Assembly: GCA_049970495.1 (NCBI GenBank) | Contig: JBMFMV010000003.1 | Location: 18,693-82,692 of the forward strand | Length of the DNA: 64,000 nucleotides | Origin: a bacterium | Lineage (GTDB): Bacteria > DUMJ01 | Reading direction: 5' to 3' | Shown here: one piece after another, positions 31,501-41,163 of the stretch | Layout: the number at the start of each line of letters is the position of its first letter | Numbering within the stretch: the stretch's first letter is position 1 | Position numbers and translations under genes: made by a program | Notes under the pieces: model-generated | The model's input: only the letters and a program-made list of their open reading frames with translations | Database searches by the model: none | Told to the model about the DNA's origin: nothing

Positions 31501-32157
31501 TTAAAAAGAAACCCTTTAAGATATGTAGATTATGATATTCAGACAGAACCATATCAACCGGTATATGTAAGATATTGGAGACATAATGCTGGAGCTTCTC
31601 CCGTTGGAAATCTCCCAATAGTGGTGTCTTTAAGAAAAGAAGGAGATAAAATAACTCTTTATGTGGCAAATGATTTTGTTGATAAAAAAGTTTTAGGTAA
31701 GGTTTGCCTTAGATCTGTAGGGATCGAATTAGATAAAAGAGAGATAGAGTTTGACCTTTTTCCATCTGCTTATGCTAGATATGAAGTTGCTCAATGCAAA
31801 GAGGAGAAACCTAGTATTGTAGAAGCTTTATGGGAGTGTGATGGGCAGAGTTATAAAGATGTACTTATTTTAGGAGAGTTGAAAGCTCTAGATGTATCTT
31901 TTAAAGATGGAAAGATAGATATATACAATCCAAATTGGTTCGAAGTGGAGGGAGAAGTTATTATAGGGGCTCCTATAGAATTGTGGGGTAAAGAACTTAC
32001 TGGAGATTTTTCTTTCGACGCTATTCCTGAAAGATTTAGCTTTTACTGTAAACCTAATGGCAATTACAGTTTAGAAATTAGTGTTGAAAGACCCAATAAT
32101 TGGAGTATGGTAAAACTAGCCTATATGGGTAAAACCCTTTATCTAAGACCAAAGTAA
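28525..32157 (+). CDS. Glycoside hydrolase family 38 alpha-mannosidase-like protein (large, with insertion)
   Basis: HFHCDPVW Zn site, LDVFGH nucleophile, FNQHHDAITGT, VFNSLNWTR, IIRVYEPCG. Confidence 0.88.
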   Translation: MRKIHLVPHFHCDPVWIADQNMYQEGGENLPRMTRHPFGFLDLVRSYLDCCRKDEEYTIFLSELDYLKPYWDMYPEDRKFIRYLISRRRLDLGGSYNEPNENSIGEEALVRNVLYGMTFHKLQLGADPKVYLPLDVFGHTIQLSQILKKSGFQGCIWSKHVVGFPPVFYHMSLDGSVLLHRRVDYGGHFQNIDILKEDLSLRFEETESMRIDVDLRFIGGDSDPPTEWLTGRSKELREGRIPIFLSVPSRYIEELQNRIKGKRFSIPYSSRDMAFYHIGTSLSRVELKIANRLGEIKLLKAERFATISYLLGAKYPHKALDKAWRQLLFNQHHDAITGTSGDKPYVDLMIGYRESLRLSSSILNSSLKFLSSLIDTEGQGVPIVVFNSLNWTRSDLCKIKLPVGSYKIVDSTGKIYSSLSVEKGNNVEVFFIGEDIPPLGYKVFFAIPTKNKKELIRDRGTVIENDFYRIEVDPTKGGRIKSLVYMGREFVKEERGMNELILLKEDPNRREPSWEVFTTGEKLSSSEFPADVERERNELYERLIISGRIGDFCKFRQIITLYKGIERIEFVTDIIDYKKKTSEDDMFVVVFPTTLENTLPTFEDRFGALTRRKSRGYLDFRTWQWRNYSSCGIYPAYRWVDLGPSVTIRIGSSSLPIGLTDIIIPHNKDLESNIPILLKSLANKGITASIMYDDNDMDRRSKLLSEDSTLPLFEEDIFATFRVSIGLPNNSYIERIISRLPKEVVERFQKAIEEKGYGLLLVEEDVPVLVISAKNISSLIDIFTRIEKDLADRIIDLSEDEGYISYKEVPSFGLTLINKGNISNSVENDNTIVMLLQHTARWSGKHFDFDFVPEEGTHRFIYALYPHKGTWIEAKSYKKAIEFNFELDSIVTDSHSGYFPKNHSFINFGNSDIILTALKLEGVPLAGPIMDAGDSDNIIIRVYEPCGRETCFDIYSSFPILEAQRTDLMENEITPISSFYLTPFSIETYKLSLKRNPLRYVDYDIQTEPYQPVYVRYWRHNAGASPVGNLPIVVSLRKEGDKITLYVANDFVDKKVLGKVCLRSVGIELDKREIEFDLFPSAYARYEVAQCKEEKPSIVEALWECDGQSYKDVLILGELKALDVSFKDGKIDIYNPNWFEVEGEVIIGAPIELWGKELTGDFSFDAIPERFSFYCKPNGNYSLEISVERPNNWSMVKLAYMGKTLYLRPK

Positions 32158-33653
32158 TTGAGGATAATTGCACCTATGTAGACAATTAATCCCATAATTA
32201 CTAAGTATATGAGAGAGTAAGGGAATATTATTCTCATCAATTTCCCTTCCTCTCCTTTTTTATTTATCCCCGAGACTGCTAGAGTAAGGTTTTGTAAAGA
32301 TATAAGTTTCCCTCCTGTGGCTCCGCTAGCATTGGCACTAGCTAGCCATACCTGAGGGACCCCTATACTTTTACCTGCTTCCGTCTGTAAAGTCCCAAAA
32401 AGGACATTCGAGGCAGTATCACTTCCCCCCAAGAATGTTCCTATGGCTCCTAGAAATGGTGATATAAATGGGTAGAAACTGCCAAATATCTGTATGAGTT
32501 TAATGGCAAGAAACTTAGTCATACCCGCATAACTCATAATATTAGCCATAGCCATCATAGAAGTAATAATTGAAATAGTAGGTAGGATCTGTATTAATGT
32601 CCCTAAAAGTGCCTTCTTATAGTCAATTAGTCTAGCATTTAATATTAGTCCTCCAATAATTGTCGAGATTAATATGAGTGTCCCGGGTGTATAAAGGGGA
32701 TCTATCTTTATACTCTTATTTATCGGTTCAAGTCTCAGTGTAAGTGAGAGAGGATAAGATGTTAGTATTTCACTCATACCCTTGCTAAACCTTGTTATAA
32801 GTATAAGTAAAACAATCAATATATATGGAACCCATGACCTTAAATCTTCCTTAGAGACCTTTTCTTTGATATTTCTCTTCTCTACTAATCTTAAATAGAG
32901 TATTAGAAAACCTATAGTAAAGAATGAGGCTAGGATTGCAGGTAATTCTGGCCCTATATACCAGCCAACAAGACTCTGTGTTATAGCGAAAGAAAATCCA
33001 GTTCCTAAGAGAAGGAATATACTAGCAGATTCCTTAAGTTCCCTCTTTATAAAAAATGGAATAAGTAGCGTTACGGGAAAGAGCTGTAGGCCTATTGTTC
33101 CACTAAGAGCTTTTATTGGTAGGTTAGTAACTCTTGCCAAAGCTATTACTGGTACCCCTATAGCAGCATAGACAACGGGGATAGTATTTGATAGTAGAGA
33201 GACTATAGCTGACTGATATAGTGGAAATCCTAATGATAATAGGATAGCAGAAGGAACTATTACGGAAGTACCAAACCCTGCTATACCTTCAAGAAGGGCT
33301 CCAAAACAGAAAGCTATTATAAGAGCTTGTATTATCTTCTTATCAGATATGCCAGATAAACTCCTTTTGATTCCATCTATAGCTTCTGTCTCACAGATCA
33401 ATCTATAGGTAAAAAGAGCTCCAAAAATAGTCCAAATAATAGGGTATAGAGAAGAGACGATCCCATCTATAATACTCCAGTAGATTATATTAATAGTAAC
33501 ATCCCAGAAAAATATTGCTCCTAAAATTGTTACAAGAAGAGATATGATACAGGCTAAATAAGGCTTTGTGACTCTAAATATAAGTGCGTAACAGAGCCAC
33601 AGAAGAGGAATTACAGCTGATAATAGCATTAGTAGCTCTCTGTATCTTTCCAT
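32139..33653 (-). CDS. lctP: L-lactate/glycolate permease (LctP family)
   Basis: FGALLEGIAGFG, NTIPVVYAAIGVP, GSDTASNVLFG.LQ, GATGGKLIS.Q. Confidence 0.88.
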   Translation of the reverse strand: MERYRELLMLLSAVIPLLWLCYALIFRVTKPYLACIISLLVTILGAIFFWDVTINIIYWSIIDGIVSSLYPIIWTIFGALFTYRLICETEAIDGIKRSLSGISDKKIIQALIIAFCFGALLEGIAGFGTSVIVPSAILLSLGFPLYQSAIVSLLSNTIPVVYAAIGVPVIALARVTNLPIKALSGTIGLQLFPVTLLIPFFIKRELKESASIFLLLGTGFSFAITQSLVGWYIGPELPAILASFFTIGFLILYLRLVEKRNIKEKVSKEDLRSWVPYILIVLLILITRFSKGMSEILTSYPLSLTLRLEPINKSIKIDPLYTPGTLILISTIIGGLILNARLIDYKKALLGTLIQILPTISIITSMMAMANIMSYAGMTKFLAIKLIQIFGSFYPFISPFLGAIGTFLGGSDTASNVLFGTLQTEAGKSIGVPQVWLASANASGATGGKLISLQNLTLAVSGINKKGEEGKLMRIIFPYSLIYLVIMGLIVYIGAIILNYFGLR

Positions 33654-33756
33654 AATATTCTATAGACCTCCTCTCTAATTTTCTAAAATTTTATCATAAA
33701 ACTTCGGTCATTACTTATCTGTAATCAAAATTTTACCAATTCAGCCGTCATTATGT

Positions 33757-33786
33757 TTGACATAAGACAGTTATTTTGAGTATAAT
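33757..33786 (+). promoter_or_regulatory. Consensus sigma70 promoter, probably giving a leaderless mRNA
   Basis: TTGACA(33757-62)-N18-TATAAT(33781-86); ATG 8 nt downstream with no SD. Confidence 0.65.
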
Positions 33787-33794
33787 AGTGTTCT

Positions 33795-35012
33795 ATGTAC
33801 AGAATATCTACATTTGAGTCGCTTCGATATAGAAACTTTAGACTCTTTTGGAGCGGACAACTTATCTCACTTATAGGGAGTTGGATACAGAATGTGGCCC
33901 AAGGTTGGCTTGTACTTGAACTTACAAATTCTCCGTTCTTACTTGGACTAGTAAACAGTATAGGATCTTTGCCTATTCTCTTTTTCTCTATGATAGCAGG
34001 CGTTATAGCTGATAGGGTGAGGAAGAGAAATCTAATCATAGCTACTCAGATCTCCCTTACAATTCTTGCCTTTATTCTTGGGCTTCTTACCTCTACAGAT
34101 TTGGTCAGGATATGGCATGTTATTATTATTGTCTTTTTGGTTGGAGTTGTAAATGCCTTTGATATGCCTGCAAGACAATCTTTTGTTATAGAGTTAGTAG
34201 GAAGGGAATCACTTATGAATGCTATCGCTCTGAATTCTTCTATCTTTAATGCTGCTAGAACTATAGGCCCTGCGATAGCCGGAATTATGGTTTCTTCGAT
34301 AGGGATTGCAGGCTGCTTTTATATAAATGCCATAAGCTTTATCCCTGTTATTATAGGCTTATACTTGATTAACGGTGAATTTAGGGTAGAAAGGGAAGAT
34401 TTTTCTAATATTTCCTTATTAGAAGACTTAAGATTAGGTCTAATATATCTTAAGTCTAATCGAGACGTATTTATCATTATCTTGATGGTTGCTATAAATA
34501 GTGTATTTGGTATGCCTTACACGGTATTTATGCCAGTATTTGCTAGAGATGTATTTAAAGTCGGAGCTCGTGGCTTAGGTTTTCTTATGGCTTCAGTAGG
34601 CATTGGAGCTCTTGTTGACGCACTAGTAGTGGCAACCATAGGAAGATATAGAAGAAAGGGGCGTATACTCTTCATTGGTATTTCTTTGCTCTCTATATTT
34701 TTGATTATTTTTTCACTCTCGAAGAGTTATATATTAGGACTACTTGCATTAGTCTTTACTGGATTTTTTATGATAATGTTTACTGCTACTGCTAATACAC
34801 TTGTTCAGACTTATGTTAGGGATGATATGAGGGGGAGGATTATGAGCACATATACAATGTTTTTTATTGGTATGACGCCTCTAGGAAGTCTCCAGGCAAG
34901 GGCTATATCTAGCAGATGGGGAGTTACTACTGCAGTATTATTGGGAGGGATTCTAAATCTACTAATGGCAATTACTATCTTTATAAAGTTTCCAAATATA
35001 AAAAATATGTGA
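33795..35012 (+). CDS. MFS transporter (MFS_3/DHA3-like)
   Basis: RNFRLFWSGQLISLIGSWIQ, GVIADRV.KR, FDMPARQS, DMRGRIMS; about 12 TM helices. Confidence 0.88.
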   Translation: MYRISTFESLRYRNFRLFWSGQLISLIGSWIQNVAQGWLVLELTNSPFLLGLVNSIGSLPILFFSMIAGVIADRVRKRNLIIATQISLTILAFILGLLTSTDLVRIWHVIIIVFLVGVVNAFDMPARQSFVIELVGRESLMNAIALNSSIFNAARTIGPAIAGIMVSSIGIAGCFYINAISFIPVIIGLYLINGEFRVEREDFSNISLLEDLRLGLIYLKSNRDVFIIILMVAINSVFGMPYTVFMPVFARDVFKVGARGLGFLMASVGIGALVDALVVATIGRYRRKGRILFIGISLLSIFLIIFSLSKSYILGLLALVFTGFFMIMFTATANTLVQTYVRDDMRGRIMSTYTMFFIGMTPLGSLQARAISSRWGVTTAVLLGGILNLLMAITIFIKFPNIKNM

Positions 35013-35025
35013 GGTGTCAAGGTTT

Positions 35026-35703
35026 ATGAATATATCTCTTTTACTAGCTTTTTGGGGTGGAATAATATCCTTCTTTTCTCCTTGTATACTACCACTTGTT
35101 CCTCTTTACCTCTCTTATATAAGTGGGATTTCCCTCCAAGAATTGAGCTCTTCTAGAAAGACATTAATACTTAAGGTATTAGTTTTTATTTTTGGATTTT
35201 CCATCTTCTTTTCCCTTTTAGGGGCATCTGCTTCTTTCTTGGGGAATTGGCTTTTAATCTATAGAGATTTGTTGAATAGAATTGGTGGAATAATACTTAT
35301 ACTCTTTGGAATTTCCTTTCTAGGAATCTTAAAGATTCCTTTCTTGTATAGAGAAGCAAGGATAAATTTAAAGACCACAGGAGGTTACCTGGGGGCTTTT
35401 CTTTTAGGTTTTGTCTTTGCTTTAGGTTGGACTCCATGTGTTACCCCTATATTATCGTCTATATTTTTATTTGCTACTAGAGAGGAGTCTGTACATAGAG
35501 GTATACTATTACTTTTTTCATATGCCTTAGGGATAGGGATACCTTTTATTCTAGTAGCACTTTTTATTGATGTATTCTTAAGAAACACCTCTAGAATAAA
35601 GAAGGTTCTTCCTTATCTCTCATTTATTAGTGGTATATTTCTTATAGTTATGGGTGTGTTTATGCTTCTTGGTAAGATCTTTAGTCAAATCTTCTTTTCT
35701 TGA
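35026..35703 (+). CDS. ccdA: CcdA/DsbD-beta thiol-disulfide transporter
   Basis: SFFSPCILPLVP and GWTPCVTPIL cysteine motifs; SD favours ATG 35026. Confidence 0.88.
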   Translation: MNISLLLAFWGGIISFFSPCILPLVPLYLSYISGISLQELSSSRKTLILKVLVFIFGFSIFFSLLGASASFLGNWLLIYRDLLNRIGGIILILFGISFLGILKIPFLYREARINLKTTGGYLGAFLLGFVFALGWTPCVTPILSSIFLFATREESVHRGILLLFSYALGIGIPFILVALFIDVFLRNTSRIKKVLPYLSFISGIFLIVMGVFMLLGKIFSQIFFS

Positions 35704-35728
35704 CAAAGATTTAAGTAAATGGTAAACT
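35700..35728 (+). promoter_or_regulatory. Sigma70 promoter of the hrcA-dnaK operon
   Basis: TTGACA(35700-05)-N17-TAAACT(35723-28) with extended -10 TG. Confidence 0.75.
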
Positions 35729-35741
35729 GTTTTATGTAAAG

Positions 35742-35768
35742 TTAGCACTTGAACATATAGAGTGCTAA
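35742..35768 (+). promoter_or_regulatory. CIRCE operator (HrcA binding site)
   Basis: TTAGCACTT-N9-GAGTGCTAA, one mismatch to TTAGCACTC-N9-GAGTGCTAA, directly before hrcA. Confidence 0.95.
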
Positions 35769-35787
35769 CAGGAGATGATAGAGAAGT

Positions 35788-36789
35788 ATGCTTACTGAGC
35801 GAGAAAAGATTATCTTAAAAGCGATTGTGGAAGAGTATATAAATACAGGAGAGCCCATAAGTTCAAAAGTAGTAGCAACGAAGTATTGTCCTTATGTAAG
35901 TTCTGCTACTATTAGGAATGATATGGGCGTTTTAGAAGAGATGGGCTATATAACCCAGCCTCATCCTTCTGCTGGAAGAGTACCTAGTCCAAAGGGCTAT
36001 AGGTATTATATAGAAAATATGCTGGTAGACTGTAAACTCTCTCCCCAGCAGAAAATGAGGATAAGGAAGATATTGTCGAATTTAGAGCCAGATGTAAGAG
36101 ACCTTAGAGAGATTATAAAAGCTACGTCTTGGTTGATTGCTCAACTTTCCAAGTTGTTAGCATTTTCTTATGGTCCTATATCCTCTGGGAAGTTTGTTAA
36201 AAGGCTTTGGCTTACCCCTATAGATGAAAATAGTGTACTCCTTATCTATATGACAGAGACTGGGGATGTAGACCATAGAGTTATATATGCAAAATATAGT
36301 CCTGTGAATTTAGAAAGGCTATCCAATATATTTTCTACCAAACTAGAGAAGGAAGGAATAGATAAGATAGACATTAAAGAGATACTGTCTCTTCTTCCTG
36401 AAGAAGAGCCTCTAATAAAAGAAATTATTGATTCTTTAAAGAAAGAGAGTTATTCTTATGCAGAATCTTATATAGAGGGAACAGATTATATAGATAGAAT
36501 TCCGGAATTTAATGACCCAGAAACTCTTAAGAGTCTTATTAGCATAATAAACAAAGAAGAACTGGTGATAGAGCAGATAAATGCGGCTATAAATTCTGGA
36601 AACGTATGGACTAGTATCGGGGAAAGAGGGAATCTTACTTTAGTGGTAGTACCTTACTTTGCTAAAGATTTTCCTATTGGGGCCGCAGGAGTAGTTGGTC
36701 CGATAAGGATGAACTATAAATTTATAATACCCCTTTTGAATTTCATAAAGAGCTGTATATCTGAAATGTTATCTGTTCGCTGGAGGTGA
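35788..36789 (+). CDS. hrcA: Heat-inducible transcription repressor HrcA
   Basis: LTERE..IL.AIVEEYI.TGEPISSK, SSATIRNDM, QPHPSAGRVPS, GPIRMNY. Confidence 0.95.
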   Translation: MLTEREKIILKAIVEEYINTGEPISSKVVATKYCPYVSSATIRNDMGVLEEMGYITQPHPSAGRVPSPKGYRYYIENMLVDCKLSPQQKMRIRKILSNLEPDVRDLREIIKATSWLIAQLSKLLAFSYGPISSGKFVKRLWLTPIDENSVLLIYMTETGDVDHRVIYAKYSPVNLERLSNIFSTKLEKEGIDKIDIKEILSLLPEEEPLIKEIIDSLKKESYSYAESYIEGTDYIDRIPEFNDPETLKSLISIINKEELVIEQINAAINSGNVWTSIGERGNLTLVVVPYFAKDFPIGAAGVVGPIRMNYKFIIPLLNFIKSCISEMLSVRWR

Positions 36790-36793
36790 ACAT

Positions 36794-37297
36794 ATGGAAG
36801 AAGAGCTTCTCTCAGAGGAGAAGAATGATGTGCCAGCAGAGGATATAGAACTTATCAGACGGCAGTATAAAGAGTTGGAAGATAAGTTTTTTAGACTTGC
36901 TGCAGATTTTGATAACTATAGAAAAAGGATGGTAAGAGAGATAGAAGAGCTTAAAGATGTGATAAGGATAGAGCTTATAAGGACCCTACTCCCTATTTTG
37001 GATGATATAGAGAGAGCTTTTTATTCCATCCAAGAAAATAGTGATAGCGATATAAAAGAAGGGATAGGGCTGGTAATGAAGAACTTTCAAAATTGGCTTT
37101 CAGATCAGGGAGTTAAGACTATAGAGATATCTAATAATATTTTTGATCCTAGATATCATGAAGCTGTAGTGATTGAAGAGAGTAAAGAGATAGAAGAAGA
37201 TAAGATTGAAGAATTAAGAAAAGGATACCTTCTTAACGATAGAGTTATAAGACCTACTATGGTAAAAATTATTAAAAAGGTAAAGGAGGGAGAGTAG
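36794..37297 (+). CDS. grpE: Nucleotide exchange factor GrpE
   Basis: RLAADFDNYRKR, LLPILDDIERA, FDPRYHEAV, GYLLNDRVIRP. Confidence 0.95.
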   Translation: MEEELLSEEKNDVPAEDIELIRRQYKELEDKFFRLAADFDNYRKRMVREIEELKDVIRIELIRTLLPILDDIERAFYSIQENSDSDIKEGIGLVMKNFQNWLSDQGVKTIEISNNIFDPRYHEAVVIEESKEIEEDKIEELRKGYLLNDRVIRPTMVKIIKKVKEGE

Positions 37298-37300
37298 GAT

Positions 37301-39115
37301 ATGGCTAAAGTTATTGGAATTGATTTGGGAACTACCAACTCAGTAGTGGCATTTGTTGAAGGGGGAAAACCTACGGTAATTCCAAATGCAGAGGGTAGTA
37401 GACTTACCCCATCTGCAGTTGCATTTACACAGGATGGTCAAATACTCGTAGGTCAATTGGCTAAGAGACAGGCTATCCTTAATCCTGAGAGGACTATTCT
37501 TTCTATAAAGCGTCATATGGGGACTAACTATAAAGTTAAAATAGATAATAAAGAGTACACCCCTCAAGAAATCTCTGCTATGATACTTAGGAAACTGAAG
37601 GAAGACGCAGAGGCTTATCTTGGAGAGAAGATAGAAAAGGCAGTTATAACTGTTCCTGCTTATTTTAATGATGCGCAACGTCAAGCTACAAAAGAGGCTG
37701 GAATTATTGCAGGGTTAGATGTTATGAGGATTATTAATGAGCCTACCGCTTCTGCTCTGGCTTATGGGCTTGATAAAGAAGGCTCTCAAACTATATTGGT
37801 TTATGATTTAGGTGGTGGAACCTTTGATGTTTCTATTCTAGAGATAGGAGAAGGGGTATTCGAGGTAAAAGCCACAAGTGGAGATACTCATCTAGGTGGG
37901 GATGACTATGACCAAAGGATAATGGACTATCTTATAGAAGAGTTTAAGAAGAAAGAAGGAATTGATCTAAGTCAAGATAGGATGGCTCTTCAGAGGCTTA
38001 AAGAGGCTGCTGAGAAAGCTAAGATAGAGCTCTCTACTCTTATGTCTACCGAGATAAATCTTCCATTTATTGCTGCTACTCAACATGGCCCAAAACACCT
38101 AAGTATTACTCTTACTAGGGCACAGTTTGAAGCAATGACAAGAGACCTTACTGAAAGGACAAGAGAACCCATATATAGGGCACTTTCTGATGCAAAACTT
38201 GACCCTTCTAAGATAGATAAGATATTACTAGTTGGTGGGTCTACTAGAATGCCTGCCGTTCAGAGATTAGTTAAGGAGATATTTGGTAAAGAACCAAGAA
38301 AAGATATAAATCCTGACGAGTGTGTTGCCTTAGGTGCAGCCATTCAAGCAGCGGTACTTGCTGGAGAGATAAGGGATATTGTACTCCTTGATGTTACCCC
38401 ACTCTCTCTAGGTATAGAGACTTTAGGTGGAATATTTACAAAAATAATAGAGCGTAATACTACCATACCTGTATCCAAGAGTGAAATATTTACTACAGCT
38501 GTCGACAACCAGACCTCTGTAGAGATACATGTACTCCAAGGAGAAAGACCTATGGCGGCAGATAATCTGTCTTTAGGAAGATTTATCTTAGATGGGATTC
38601 CACCTGCACCTAGAGGAGTTCCAAAGATTCAGGTTACTTTTGATATTGATGCTAACGGTATTGTCCATGTGTCTGCTAAAGACTTAGCTACAAATAGAGA
38701 ACAGAGAATAACTGTAAAGGGCGGCACAGGTTTATCCAAAGAAGAGATTGAACGTATGATTAGAGAAGCTCAAGCTCATGCAGAGGAAGATAAACGTAAA
38801 AGAGAAGAGGCAGAAGCAAGGAATCAACTTGATGGACTTCTCTATACGGCAGAGAAATTGGCAAAAGATGCTGTAGGTAAGGTAAGTCAGGATCTGATAG
38901 ATAATCTCAATAAGACAATAGAAGAGATAAGATCTGCTGATAAGACTGGAATAGACAAGATTAAGGAGTTGACTAATAGATTAAACGATGCTATATATAA
39001 GGTATCTACTGAACTCTATGCTAAGGCAGGTACTCAGCAGACATCTTCTGGTCCTTCTGGAGGACAACAAAACCCTGGGGGAGGGACAATAGATACTGAG
39101 TATAAGGTACAGTAG
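37301..39115 (+). CDS. dnaK: Chaperone DnaK
   Basis: [36 protein letters not shown]. Confidence 0.98.
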   Translation: MAKVIGIDLGTTNSVVAFVEGGKPTVIPNAEGSRLTPSAVAFTQDGQILVGQLAKRQAILNPERTILSIKRHMGTNYKVKIDNKEYTPQEISAMILRKLKEDAEAYLGEKIEKAVITVPAYFNDAQRQATKEAGIIAGLDVMRIINEPTASALAYGLDKEGSQTILVYDLGGGTFDVSILEIGEGVFEVKATSGDTHLGGDDYDQRIMDYLIEEFKKKEGIDLSQDRMALQRLKEAAEKAKIELSTLMSTEINLPFIAATQHGPKHLSITLTRAQFEAMTRDLTERTREPIYRALSDAKLDPSKIDKILLVGGSTRMPAVQRLVKEIFGKEPRKDINPDECVALGAAIQAAVLAGEIRDIVLLDVTPLSLGIETLGGIFTKIIERNTTIPVSKSEIFTTAVDNQTSVEIHVLQGERPMAADNLSLGRFILDGIPPAPRGVPKIQVTFDIDANGIVHVSAKDLATNREQRITVKGGTGLSKEEIERMIREAQAHAEEDKRKREEAEARNQLDGLLYTAEKLAKDAVGKVSQDLIDNLNKTIEEIRSADKTGIDKIKELTNRLNDAIYKVSTELYAKAGTQQTSSGPSGGQQNPGGGTIDTEYKVQ

Positions 39116-39117
39116 TT

Positions 39118-40287
39118 ATGCCTGGTAAGGATTATTATGAGATATTGGGAGTGCCTAGAGATGCCTCCCTAGAAGATATAAAGAAGGCGTATAGAAGATT
39201 AGCTAAACAGTATCATCCTGATATAAATAAAGATGATCCTCAGGCTAATGAAAAGTTTAAGGAGATAAATGAGGCATATGAAGTCCTAAGCGACCCCCAA
39301 AAGAGAGCTCAATATGATCGTTTTGGAACTGTTGGTGGAGATTTTTCCTCTTTTGGGGGCCAACAGTACACTACTGATTTCGGCAGTTTTACGGACTTCT
39401 CTGATATATTTGATGATATTGGCTCCACCTTTAATGACTTTGTAAAGAGTTTCTTTGGTAGAGAGAGGGCACAGACAACTGAAAGAATACCAAGGAAAGG
39501 TTCTGATATAACTGCTAGTCTAGATATTACTTTAGAAGAGGTGCTTACCGGAATTGAGAGAGAGTTAGAGATAAATAGAAGAGAACTCTGCGATTTATGC
39601 GGAGGAAGCGGAATAAAACCTGGTACACAACCAGAGAAGTGTCCTTATTGTAATGGAACAGGACAGATAAGGTCTTCACGTTCTACTCCTTTTGGACAGA
39701 TAGTAAATATTATTACTTGTCCTTCTTGTAGAGGAACAGGTAAGATAATTACTCACCCCTGTTCTCAGTGTAATGGAAGAGGTTTTATATCTAGAAGGCG
39801 TAAGGTTATGGTAAAGGTGCCTCCTGGAGTAGAGGATGGTATGAGACTTAGGTTGAGGGGAGAGGGAGATGTTGGAATTAATGGAGGGCCACCGGGTGAT
39901 TTGTTTGTCTTTGTGAGAGTGAAACCTCATCCGCTCTTTAGAAGATTCGGTGCTGATTTAGAGTATGAGGCAGTGATAGATATATTTGATGCCGTATTAG
40001 GAACCGAGATAGAGGTTCCTACCTTAGAAAGAAATATAGAAAAACTTAATATTCCTCCAGGGACTCAGTTTGGTTCTACTTTTAGACTAAGAGGACGAGG
40101 ACTCCCATTTATTAATGACGGAGGTAGAGGAGATCTTATAGTTAAGGTTAGAATAGAGGTCCCTCAAAAGTTGAGTGAAAAAGAGAGAGAACTATTATTA
40201 GAGATTGTTAGTCTGCGTGGCAAGAAAATTAATGATAGAGGTAGTAAGTCTTTTTTTGAAAGAGTAAAGAATGCTTTTGGAGGTTAA
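39118..40287 (+). CDS. dnaJ: Chaperone DnaJ
   Basis: J domain with HPD, G/F region, four CxxCxGxG repeats. Confidence 0.97.
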   Translation: MPGKDYYEILGVPRDASLEDIKKAYRRLAKQYHPDINKDDPQANEKFKEINEAYEVLSDPQKRAQYDRFGTVGGDFSSFGGQQYTTDFGSFTDFSDIFDDIGSTFNDFVKSFFGRERAQTTERIPRKGSDITASLDITLEEVLTGIERELEINRRELCDLCGGSGIKPGTQPEKCPYCNGTGQIRSSRSTPFGQIVNIITCPSCRGTGKIITHPCSQCNGRGFISRRRKVMVKVPPGVEDGMRLRLRGEGDVGINGGPPGDLFVFVRVKPHPLFRRFGADLEYEAVIDIFDAVLGTEIEVPTLERNIEKLNIPPGTQFGSTFRLRGRGLPFINDGGRGDLIVKVRIEVPQKLSEKERELLLEIVSLRGKKINDRGSKSFFERVKNAFGG

Positions 40288-41163
40288 TTGTCTAGGTTTT
40301 GGGTAGAAGTAAGTATAACTTATAATAAAAGAGCTTTCCCTTATCTAGACTTAGAAGATATAATTTCTAGTAAATTATGGGATATTAATTCTTCTGGGGT
40401 AGCAATAGATTCTTCAAGTAACTATGTGAAAATAACTGGTTATTTCCCTTTAGATGCCCTTTTTTATAAAAAGCTAGAAGAGTTGGAGCTCTCTTTAGGT
40501 GAATATATCCTTTCGGGATTGAAATTTAGTTTTAATATTTCTGAAGAGTCAGAATGGCAAAAGTTTGGTAAATTTGAACCCTTTCAGATTGGAAGGTTCT
40601 TTATTATACCAGACGAAGCCAATTATACTATCCCAGAAGGTTTGATACCTATTTATATAAAACCTGGTATGGCTTTTGGAACTGGGCTTCATCCTACTAC
40701 GAGGATGTGTATAAAGCTACTAGAAACTCTTCCTTTAGAGGGTAAATTGGGTATAGATGTGGGAACTGGAAGCGGTATATTAGCTATATGTATGTTGAAA
40801 CTGGGCTGTTTACGTGTTATAGGGATTGATAATGATTTAGTAGCTATATCTGATGCTAGGGAGAACGCTATTAAAAGTGATGTAGAAGATGGTTTAGACC
40901 TTAGATTAGGAGACCTTCTTAATGACTATGAGGGAGAAAGGGCAGATGTAATTACCGCTAATCTGCTTCCTCAACTTATGCCACCGCTTTTTGAAAAGAT
41001 TCCTTTAGTTTTAAATCCAAATGGATATCTTATTGTGAGTGGTTTCTCTGAGAATGAAGACGAAGAGATAATAGTTCTTGCTCGTTCTTTTGGCCTCTCC
41101 TCGAAAGAGAGACTCATAGAAGAGGGGTGGGCTGCGCTTTTATTTGCATATGACACTGCTTAG
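40288..41163 (+). CDS. prmA: Ribosomal protein L11 methyltransferase
   Basis: PGMAFGTGLHPTT, DVGTGSGILAI; follows dnaJ. Confidence 0.92.
   Translation: MSRFWVEVSITYNKRAFPYLDLEDIISSKLWDINSSGVAIDSSSNYVKITGYFPLDALFYKKLEELELSLGEYILSGLKFSFNISEESEWQKFGKFEPFQIGRFFIIPDEANYTIPEGLIPIYIKPGMAFGTGLHPTTRMCIKLLETLPLEGKLGIDVGTGSGILAICMLKLGCLRVIGIDNDLVAISDARENAIKSDVEDGLDLRLGDLLNDYEGERADVITANLLPQLMPPLFEKIPLVLNPNGYLIVSGFSENEDEEIIVLARSFGLSSKERLIEEGWAALLFAYDTA

Noticed and set aside
33795..35012. Possible decay of the MFS gene (charged residues in GALVDAL and GSLQARA where Gly is common)
   Set aside because: The frame is intact and full length, and this cannot be judged without an alignment
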